A stretch of DNA of 64,000 nucleotides from Enoplolaimus lenunculus. Its lineage: Eukaryota. The notes below the pieces were generated by a model, which was given only the letters and a program-made list of their open reading frames with translations, ran no database searches and was not told where the DNA came from. The DNA lies in contig JASANG010001737.1 of assembly GCA_030248215.1 (NCBI GenBank), positions 310,001 through 374,000 on the forward strand, read 5' to 3'. Below are positions 53,890 through 64,000 of the stretch, one piece after another (position 1 is the stretch's first letter; every line of letters starts with the position of its first letter). A program made the position numbers and the translations under genes.

Positions 53890-55569
53890 ACGATATTATA
53901 GAGATGCTCTTATTCAGCTTCCACAACCACAATATCATGCGTACACCAGGTGACTTTTGAATGGACACTAAAGCCGAAAACCTTCAGTATCCGGAATTCT
54001 GAAGCGAAGATAGCTTCAGTGTCCATGAAACTACCACCTCAAAAGTCCCCTAAACGTTTATTTATCCTGTATCAAATCCATGAGCGATAATGCAAGATTA
54101 TACTTAAGAATGTACTTTCGAAAGTATGTTTCAAAGTTTCGCACTCAACTGTATTTGATGCTGGAGCCACTTATGCGCAACAATTACGGTTTACGGACTC
54201 TATCCGCTTACGAACTCTTATTAGGGATATATACTCCTATTGATTGGGACGAAAATGGGGACCCCCTCTTACTGCCCCCTTTTATTCATGTCACTACAGT
54301 ACGCATGATATTGCGGAAGTTGCATTAGTTGTACATATTGCATTAACTTGTATGACTTATGTTATATTGAGGGGTGTGTCGTTTTTTCCGCGGGACTCAA
54401 AGTAAGTTTTCAGTGTCGGATCCAAGATCTCAAAATGGGGGGCAAAATTTCACAGGTAATAAACTTATTTTTGACCCATACTGTAGTGACCCAAATAGGA
54501 AGGGGGTCCCCATTTTGAGTCCCAATTAATAGGAGTCCGTATCCCTAATAAGAATCCGTAAGCGGGTAGATTCCTTAAACCCTTGTTTAGAGTCCATAAA
54601 TGTCTATTATCCCTAATTGTAGCGCATAAATGACTTCAGGGCCAAGAAACTTTAAAGCGTGCTTATACTATTGTGTATAAAACAGAGAAATAAACAGCGT
54701 AGAACATCAATTGACACTATATAATTTTTGTCGAGATGCTGTTGGGGGGCGGCACGGCCGGGGTGGGCCCCCAGTGGATCCGCCATGAGCTTAATCTCTA
54801 AACCAGCTTAGGCTTTAGACTATTGTTTTAGGCTTTCGTCAAGCGTTAGTTATAGGCTTTTCCTTACGTTGAGGCTTATGCTATGTCTGAGACTTAGGCT
54901 TTAGGAATATGCTCTTTGTTAGGTCCCTAACTTTGCTTCCATTGTGTAGTAACGGCAATCAGCAGGTGATCATTTGTATTAGGGCCGGTTGAGTTATAGG
55001 GTTTGGCCCTGCAGTTGTATCGGACCCATCGTTTAGAAAAAATAAAAACAAACCAGCTGAAATTAATGTTTAACATGGAAAATGTACAGAATCAACCAAC
55101 TTATCACCAAGAAAGGATTAAATGTTTTTCGAAATGGTCAACTTAGACTGGAAGGCTGAGGCTGAATCGTAGGTTTGGCTACGTTTAGGATTAGGCTTGT
55201 GTTTAGGCTTAGATTTACAGATAGACTGAAGTTTAGGCTTATGCTTAGCCGACGGTTTTGGTGTCAGGATTAGGCTTGTGTTTAGGCTTAGAGTTAGAGA
55301 CAGACTGAAGTTTAGGCTTAGGCTTAGCCGACGGTTTTGGTGTTAGGATTAGGCTTGTGTTTAGGCTTCGGGTCTGATTTCGGCTCAAGTTTTAGCTTGT
55401 ATTCAGAGAGCAGGCGCTTATAATTAACAAATGTCGAACTTGTGAAGGAATATATGTAACAATAGTATGTAACAGAGCATTTGCTGTGCGCAAAAGATGA
55501 ACAAAGTACACGTTACGTTTTTGACCTAACCTCCTTATTTAAGAAGGGTACAACTCGTGCTCGCCTTAA

Positions 55570-55832
55570 CCTCTTCTCACATGATATTTTCAATTCCATA
55601 TGAGATGCACTTTCAAGGTAAGATTCGATCTCCAGTCTCTCGGATGGGATGCGTTTACGATCACCATTCAGATATAGCAGCTTGACGCTCGAACCCGAGG
55701 GGGCTCTCACGTATTGTAGAGATTTTGCACTGCACATATATGTTAGGATTGTTAATCAGTACTCACAGTGTCTGTGTTGCTGACATATTACTTGCATTTA
55801 GTTGCTTATAGTATAGTCTATGAGTTAAAGGG
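55570..55832. mobile_element. Diverged member of the piggyBac-like tRNA-module MITE family
   Basis: ttaa|cctcttctcacatg ... tgagttaaaggg|ttaa; shares cttgacgctcgaacccgagggggctctcacgt. Confidence 0.75.
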
Positions 55833-56749
55833 TTAAAATTTTTCGGTTACACGCTTCAAAAACACGTTCGTTTATATTACAGCACAACTAAGCTCGTACA
55901 GTCGTATATATTGCATGGAATATCAACCCGTTCCTAGATACAGGGGCCGGCCAAAAACGCAACTCCTTCTGGTACATGTTGTACCATACAAATACCTTGC
56001 TAATAGTGATACTCTTCCTGTTAGTAGTTTTTAAGATTCAGCACCTAATTTTATCCTTTAGTCTTTTTCTGTTCCCTTATAATAGATTTTCTCATGGTCA
56101 AACCGTTCTAATCAATTCGACAAAATGCACCCTATAAAAGCTTAAACTAACTCAATCTTAGCTTAAACTAATCTAAGCAGTGTTTAACTAACTTTCTAGA
56201 TTAACTTAGCTAAAACTGGTAGCTCACGCGAAAGCTCGTTTGAAATATATGTCGTATTTTTAGTTTAATCTAAACTTAATGAAGTCTAAAAACTGCATAG
56301 TTTTTTAGTAAAACACTTGTACCTTAAACTAAACGTAAGTTTAGCTTAAGATTCGCTTTTAACTTAAAAATATGTTGGTTTAACCAAAACTTAAAATTCT
56401 AGTTTAGTTTGCCGTCCAATCGTTTAAGTTTTACTTAAACTGATATTCGAGTTTAGATGAGGTATAATTAAAGTTGAAGTTTTTACGGGTTTAGAGTACT
56501 GTGTTCTCTGCAGTCAAATAAATTTCAACTTTCAGTGCATGGAACTTCTACGTACCGAGTTGGACATAAGTGCTACACACATCTAAGAACACAGAATTTT
56601 AGCCCGTTAAGTGTCTAGTCAAAATCCTTAGCAACAAACGGCGCTATACTTGTACCCAAACGACACGACGACGTCAGACAGCGCCTGACTTCGCCGCCGG
56701 AGGATTGCCCCATAAAATCCTCAGTAAGTAATAGACCCATCGTAAAATC

Positions 56750-57151
56750 GGTCCATGTATCGAACAGGCCCGGAACATTTTCCTGCTTGGCTGTAATTGA
56801 GTCAGCTTAAGCTTTCGACTAACCTATTTACTTAGGCTTAGGCTTAAGCTTACGCTTAGGAATAGGTTCATCCTTACGTTTACGCTTAGGCTTAGGCTTA
56901 GGCTTACGCTTAGGAATAGGTTCATCTTTACGCTTACGCTTATGCTTAGACTTAGGCTTACGCTTAGGAGTAGGTTCAACCTTACGCTTACGCCTAGGCT
57001 TAGGCTTAGGCTTAGGAATAGGTTCATCCTTACGCTTACGCTTATGCTTAGGCTTAGGCTTACGCTTAGGAATAGGTCCGTCTTTACGCTTACGCTTAGG
57101 CTTAGGGACATGCATGTGCTACAGTACCGGCCCTTGTTCTATCCATGATCC
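56750..57151. mobile_element. TTAGGC-bearing MITE with an expanded ~280-bp hexamer array
   Basis: Family TIRs; TSD gtaaaatc/gtgaaatc; the interior is TTAGGC/TTACGC/TTAGGAATAGG higher-order repeats. Confidence 0.85.
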
Positions 57152-57623
57152 GTGAAATCTGTGTTGGATTTTAGCAGTTTTTTTGCGGACCCATTAGAGT
57201 ATAAATTGGTGAGAATTGACCTTCACTAGAATGCTTTTTTTGACTATTTATAGCAGAAATATCGTTTATAATCTTGCTCCGTCGACGACAGGTCATTTGT
57301 AACATCACAAAAACGCAATCGCGTACCGCAGACGACTGCAACATCTGTTTAAATTTAAATCTAAATTTTTTTCAACGTCTAAGATAAAATCACAAAGGTG
57401 GTGGGTAATTAGCGAACTTTTTGCTCTGAAACCATGCGGTGATGTGAAAGTGTCTGTATAGTTTTTGGTTGTAAAACAGTTTTTTGTGGCGAAAAGATTA
57501 ACTTAACAAATTATGTCAGATGGGTCTTGCGTACTAAACGCTAATGGATTTATTTAGGCGAAACTTTTTAATAACTGTTGACTTTTTTGACGGAGGTTCG
57601 ATACATGGGCCTACTAGAAATTT

Positions 57624-57753
57624 CGCCCATGAACACTTTAAGGGGCGTCCAGGTTTCTGGTGGGTCTATAAAAGAGAAGGTTTAGATTCTAAATTACAAT
57701 TTTTTGCTAAGGCTTACGTATTTACGGTTACGCCCCTTAAAGTAACATTGGAC
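57624..57753. mobile_element. Short, array-deleted member of TTAGGC MITE subfamily 1
   Basis: Family TIRs; perfect 8-bp TSD agaaattt; almost no hexamers remain. Confidence 0.85.
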
Positions 57754-58083
57754 AGAAATTTTATAAAAAGTTGTTCTGTGAAGTAATGTCAAGTATATTT
57801 ATAATTGACATGATAATTTCTTAAATCCATGACTTTACAAAAGTACACATAGACACATATATATTTCTATATTTATATATATATGTATATATTATATAAT
57901 ATATTTATATATTAGGGTGCGACCGAATATATGACTCCGGCTCCGATAAAAACTCGACATCCGGCTCCGGTTCCGGCATTCTGTTTTATAGCGTTGCGCT
58001 TATTTGCAACATGTGTTTGTACCATGTTGCGTTTAATCGCATCCAGTTTTTCCTAAATACATCAAATAACGGTGCCTTAGAAT

Positions 58084-58493
58084 CAGGGATGGGAGTTTCG
58101 GTCTCGGCAAGTGTCGGTACTTGGTAAGTCTTGGTCTCGGTTTTTAGAGTCTTGATAGCTTGGAACCGATACCACAAGTCGAGTGATTCGACAAATATAC
58201 GCCTGTATTGTTGAACTAAGTGATGTCTGATAGATAAATAAAATTCCGCTGTGAATTTATATAATTTTTACAGTCACGCAATGATTATGCGCAGATATCC
58301 TGGAAAAAGACAAAAAAAAACTATAAAAAGACATAAAAAATACGAAAAAAAGCATTAGAAATCATTTGTCTTGAAAGTTTTAATATTTTTTCGGCGATGA
58401 CAAAAAATAACCGAGACGAACTTTTCATAGCCGGTCTCGGTAGTCAGGTCTCGCTCTCGGGTCTCGGTTTTTAACCGACACCGCCCATCCCTG
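58084..58493. mobile_element. hAT-like element with GTCTCGG subterminal repeats
   Basis: Inverted ends cagggatggg / cccatccctg with repeated ggtctcgg near both ends. Confidence 0.6.
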
Positions 58494-58711
58494 CTGGCTT
58501 TTAGGGTTGAGACTATTGTTTCCGCTTTGGCGTGACCTAGCTTTAGGCTATTTTTACGATGAAATTTCGTTAGGTTTAGGGATTGGAATACGCTCAAATA
58601 CTGTTATGTCCTTAAAATATCACTGGTCATCTATCAGGATTTCCAACGTTTTATATTGTAACCCAATAAAAATTGTAAACGCACACGGGTACATGCACAC
58701 ATTTCAAACAC

Positions 58712-59001
58712 GACGGACGGCGTCGTGCGGTGATGGACGGTGCCGTACGGGTGAACGACGGCGCCGTACGGGCGACGAACGACACCATACGAGTGACGGA
58801 CGGCGTCGTACGAGTGAAGGACGGCGCCGTACGGGCGACGGACGGCGCCGTACGGGCGACGGACGACACCGTACGAGTGACGGACGGCGTCGTACGAGTG
58901 AAGGACGGCGCCGTACGGGCGACGGACGACACCGTACGAGTGACGGACGGCGTCGTACGAGTGAAGGACGGCGCCGTACGGGCGATGGCCGTACGGGTGA
59001 C
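58712..59001. repeat. 21-bp GC-rich minisatellite with a 63-bp higher-order period
   Basis: Tandem gacggacggcgccgtacgggc variants; the same motif as the interior of the GGTTGCGCTAT MITEs. Confidence 0.9.
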
Positions 59002-60084
59002 TTCATTGGCCACATCTGCAAAGCATCAATGGATCCAAATTAAACTTTGGCCAATCTTTCGTCTGTTTACAGATGGCTCAGACTACACGAAAATTTGACG
59101 AAAAAACACCGACGTATCTCTGTATTTTGAGAAGATAAAACTTTTTTGAGTCAACCATCAAAGTCGCGGCATATTAGTTTTGATGAATTATAGCGCACAC
59201 CGACCACACGCACGCATGCATACGAGTAATAAAAATTTACTATAAAACCACATCTAACATCCGTTGGTGGATCCAGGGATTGCGCATCGGATTGCAGCTG
59301 CGATCGCTAATAACGGCACACCTCGCGAGCGAAAACGACCGAAAAGCTGAACGCAATTTTAGCAGAAAAAAATCGTAAATACAAAATTTTGATTTTTGGT
59401 CTCTCTGTTCAATGGCATAGCGTCGGATGTGTGGACCACTGTTCATCCGGCAGCCAGTGTCCACAAGACTGTAAGATTTAAAATTTTACACCAAAAAAAT
59501 TTCGTTGTGAACAAATTAAATATTATTGAATTTGACATCCGAGTACTGCGCAACTGTACGAAACAGCCACCGTTTGGTTTGCCGCCGGAACAGAAGCGAG
59601 AAGGTTAACTGTACAAAGAGCAAAATGGTTTTTTGGAAGGATTTTTTTAATTTTTCTTTTAAATTTATTTCGTAGACTAAAAATTGTTTACACCACAAAC
59701 TGAGTATTTGCGGGTGGGCGGCGTAGCTTTTGAGTATATTTTTTCAATTCGGTATTTGAATACTACGATCAGGATGCTGTTTGGAGGCGGTTAAAGACCG
59801 AATTGTCATGCTGAGATGATAATTTGAAATTTGTGAGCATCGAAGAATTTCGGCGCTGTAAGAGGTCAGCTGGGAAGCGAAGCGTTTCAAAATTATGAGG
59901 TGAAATTTAATTAATTTCAATACTTATTTTTTTAATCAAACACATATTAATAATTGTAAATAAATTTATAAACAAGTTATAAAATGGTTGACTCTAAAGC
60001 ATTAAATTTGCTAAAAAATGTATAAATTTTTGAGGTATACGTATAGGTACTACTATGAGTGTACATAATTGTTGATTTAGAATT

Positions 60085-60283
60085 GGCCCATGTATAGAAC
60101 AGGGCAGGAACATTTTCCTGCGTGGATGTAATAGAGTCAGCAAAAGCTTTAGACTAACTTTGTTGCTTAGGCTTTAGGCTTACGCTTGGGAATACGCTCA
60201 TTGTTACGCTTAGGCTGAGGCTTTAGGCTTTGGCTTAAGAATACGTTTATACAACTGTTCCGGCCCTGTTCTATGCATGCGAC
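60085..60283. mobile_element. TTAGGC-bearing MITE, subfamily 2
   Basis: ggcccatgtatagaacagggcagga ... tccggccctgttctatgcatg. Confidence 0.75.
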
Positions 60284-61292
60284 AAAAATTGGAAAAAATT
60301 ATTCATAATAATCCGATAGGAAGATAAACATTTATAAAAAATTTGTGACGCATTCAGATGTTCAGTATACCTCGTTTTATGCTCTTTTTTGCGGCCAGGG
60401 TAACAGTTAAGCTTGTCTAAATTTTGAAATTGTCTTTAATCCATTACTGCATGGCGAGTAAAGTATACGCAAACTGTACGCGCGAAATAATACACAATTC
60501 ACAGTGTTTAAAACTAATTAGTTTTCGTATTTGAAGTGCAAAATTTTCACAAGACGTGAAAAATCTAATTTAAACCTTCGAGCGTTCAGCTCTTTTGAGC
60601 AGTAATGATAAAAGTCTTACAACCGATATCCTGGTGACACTAAGTTTGGATCTAGAAATTAGAAATCAGACGAAATAGAAAATATTCGGCGAAGGAACTG
60701 GTTAGGTTTTAAAGAAAAAATTTTGAGTTACTGTTTTAATGCGTGCCACCAGGGTGTAACTCGTATCTGTTTCCGGTCAAAGTCGGTGTTCGTTTCAAGT
60801 TATAGAAATAACGAAAATTCTGCTATGTTTAAGCTCAAAATAAGTTATATATAAATCACGTAATATCTCTTGCAATTTTCCTTTGCAGATATGCTGAAAT
60901 TGTTCGAAATGAAACCAAAATTACAGAATTCATTCAAAATCTCAAAAAATTTCGATGTATCCGCCAGTTTTGAGTAGAAAATTTAAGAAAGCGAATATAT
61001 TTGCACGTCTCTCAATTGTGTTGGCAGAAAAGTTAAATATCTTTGAAACTTTTTATGCTTCAATATCTGTTTCCGTTATTTTTCTAATCCATTTCAACAA
61101 CCCTTGTGCCACTAATTCTCACTTCAACTTCAACCATGCAGGTAAAGTTGGATGTTTGCCAATTGCTTTCTGAAAATGTTCACTTTGATTAATTTATAGT
61201 AACTGCGTTACCCAAAAATGTATCTATGATTTCAAATCAGTAAAAATGAAACTAAGTTTGACACTGCGAACAACGGTTGTTCTAAATATATA

Positions 61293-61727
61293 GACTAATG
61301 TTACTATTAGAGGCGTAGCAGTAGATTAAACGTATTCCTAAGCCTATGCCTAAGCCAAAGCGTTGCAAAAATGTATTCCTAAGCCTAAGCCTATATTCAA
61401 GTGTGTCGATTTTAACTCAGAATGAGATGAATTCAATCAGAAGCCTGAGCTCTGAATTAGGTGTTTCAGAACTCAGCATTCTGAATTGGATTGACCAATT
61501 CTTATGTAATCAACTCGTTCGGAATTAAATAAGCTCAGAGTGATTTAATATTTATTGTTATTAACTTAGAAATAACCAGAAATAAGTAATTATCTCTCAG
61601 AATTGTTAATCAACTCATTAGAATGTACAGGGTAAACCTAGGCCTAAGCAAAAAGTGCATTTAGAATCTAAATCTACAGTTTTATAGACCAATCAGAAAC
61701 CTGGACGCTCTTAAAGTAACATGTGCC
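61293..61727. mobile_element. TTAGGC-bearing MITE, subfamily 1, with a nested GAGT/ACTC-family fragment (~61398-61633)
   Basis: Family TIRs; perfect 8-bp TSD aatatata; the internal segment resembles 44204-44454. Confidence 0.8.
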
Positions 61728-62417
61728 AATATATACATATAAAGTACTTTGTTTTCATTTGATGTTGCGTTTAATTTTGTAACATCCGGTGGAACACAGC
61801 GGCCCAACTGCTAATGTGACCCGTTCAGTGGAATTTTGTGAAAATTTGTAAAACTGACATTTAGTTTTACCTTTTGTTATGATGCAGAGTACAAATGATA
61901 CAATTGTGTCAAATCAAATAACAATCTTTTATGCGAGATTTTTTAAACCAAAGTTTAATTATTTCGCATCCGCTGTATTAATTTCGGTGGCTTTTAAATA
62001 TACAAAATTACTCTTGGCTGCGATTAAAATTTTAAAATTGAAACTTTTTTGAATTCTAAACCGATCTTATTGTATACACCAGTTCAGAGTTCAAACTTAT
62101 GTTTGTGCATGTATCTATATAAGTTTATATACATGCGTGTATGAATGCATGTATGTATGTATGTATGTGTAAATATATACTTGTCGATTGAACTCAAAGC
62201 TAACCGTACTATCAAGCCAGTCGGTCCAAATTTCACGCTGCAAAACTCAGTGCTCGAGTAAAATCATGAATGGTGTGTTGTCTTGAGACTGTTTCACCGT
62301 CATATATCGAGCTAAGAAGATCTTGTTATGCGCCGTTCACAGTAAGAAATTTTGCTTGGGCACAGAAAATGTCATAGGGTTGGGTAAAGAATTCTTATTC
62401 TCCAAAAAATTTTATGA

Positions 62418-62418
<1 letters not shown>

Positions 62419-62460
<42 letters not shown>
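62419..62460. repeat. Poly(A) tract (~42 nt)
   Basis: Direct reading. Confidence 0.95.
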
Positions 62461-62463
<3 letters not shown>

Positions 62464-64000
62464 CAGTCTCAGTAAGTCTCGGTATTTAGCAGGTCTCGGT
62501 TTCTTGATTCTCGGTTGTTTGCAACCGATACTAGAATTCGAGGATTCAGCAAATGCAGGTAGACCTGTAAAAAGCTGCAATTAATATTGTTGAAGCAAGT
62601 ATAATGCCTGATGAATAAAGTTTCACTATTAATCTGAATTTTTATAGTTATGCAATAATTATTAGAAGATATTCTGAAAACATACAAAAAACTGATTATC
62701 ACAAAAAAGCATTAGAAATAAGATATTTTGAAAATTTTGATTAAGGCTGTTATTTTTGCTTAGGCTTAGACTTAGTTATTGACTCAATTTTACGCTAAAT
62801 GTTTACGCATAGCCTTAGGAAGGATAGATATATGCTGAGATATATTCTGTTACGCACCTAGAATAACACTCGTCAAATATATCTAGTTTTTCAGTGTTAT
62901 TGTAACTCAATAAAGATTCTGAACGTACACGGTCACATACAACATTTACATTACATGTATTGCTGAAGAAATATGTAAAAGTAAGTCAATTCGTTCGATG
63001 GTACTTGGCAAAAGTACGAATGATGGTATAATTTTTTTGAAATTTTAAATATATTTAATATCCGGCATGTTAAAATAACGGAGCCGGATGTCGATTTGTT
63101 GCCGGAGCCGGATATCCGGTCGCACCCTAATATATACATAATTTTTGCTTATTATTTTGCTATTTTTTCAATAACAGGTATTAAAATTGAAAAATTAACG
63201 AAACAGTTACAATTGGCATGAATATTTCTGGATACGGTAGGAAAACTTACCCATGCGTATCAAATATTATAATATACATATGCTCATGTTTGAGCTTCAC
63301 TCATGCACAGTGATGCGAATCCATAAGTTCTCAAATACTGTAGTGATCCCGAATAAAACGGATGTACCGATATTTATTTTGTCTCTCCAGAGAGTGTCCT
63401 AATGTTGTTCGGTTACGGACTGTTATTTATTTTTACCTCAGACGCTATGTTTAAAGTTGGACCCAATCCCACACATATTCTTTCTTTTGAGCAAACCTGA
63501 CTTGCTCCAAATCATTTTTGACTTTTGTTGATTGGTCAGTTACATATATGAACAGTGTAGGCCATTCTTGTGTTTTGGTCTCTTTTATGGACTTCATTTG
63601 GCACCTATGGACTCTATCCACTAACGGAATCTAATCAGAGAGATACAGAAACCTATTGATACCAACTCAGAACGGGACGCCCTCATCTTATAACACCCTC
63701 TTATTCCAGCAACTACTATATTTCAACTAGATTACTGTAGAATTTAAACTTGAAACTGTTTTGCTTGAAAAACTAGATTTTCGTATCGAGACAGGGTCTC
63801 GGTGAGCACCGCACTGCCGTTCCCCAACCTTAGTTCTGTTTTGGTCAGGAAGTTACACTGAACGATTATATGTTCGGCTTAAATATCTGCAAATTCTATA
63901 ACCAATAACAAGTATTCTTGTTGTTTTTTCCGTGTTTTCACCCATGAGTTTAAATTTCTACGACGTCAAGTGTACCACAGACATTGCAATTTATAATAGC

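Noticed and set aside
56824..57148. KP/SL/RL dipeptide ORFs, and the idea of a true telomere
   Set aside because: The hexamer array is degenerate and enclosed by TIRs and a TSD, so it is neither a chromosome end nor coding.
58507..59098. Arg/Gly-rich ORFs in several frames
   Set aside because: Artefact of the 21-bp GC-rich tandem repeat.
62395..62580. Retrocopy suggested by the poly(A) tract
   Set aside because: No recognisable ORF or TSD could be associated with the A-run.

Overview
AT-rich, intron-containing eukaryotic genomic DNA. It is most likely a nematode, because TTAGGC hexamer arrays are abundant and many acceptors are TTTCAG/TTTTAG; an early-branching lineage is inferred from gene content. 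Six spliced protein-coding genes could be reconstructed by hand using GT-AG phase matching: a Lines (LINS1)-like gene (+, ~1.9-6.3 kb), a FoxF-class forkhead gene (+, 13.0-20.9 kb), two tandem GILT/IFI30-like thiol reductases (-, 23.4-28.3 kb), a small multi-pass membrane protein (-, ~32.7-34.1 kb) and a two-SRCR lysyl oxidase-like gene (+, ~44.9-53.9 kb). The second forkhead exon of FoxF is not readable; a garbled G-poor tract and a 2.1-kb TIR element lie in its place. Introns and intergenic DNA are crowded with non-autonomous DNA transposons of at least six families. The most striking are GG-ended, 8-bp-TSD MITEs whose bodies are telomere-like TTAGGC arrays, and TTAA-flanked piggyBac-like MITEs carrying a tRNA-derived Pol III-type module. 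No autonomous transposase, rRNA, intact tRNA or CRISPR array was found. All family assignments come from motif recognition, not database searches.
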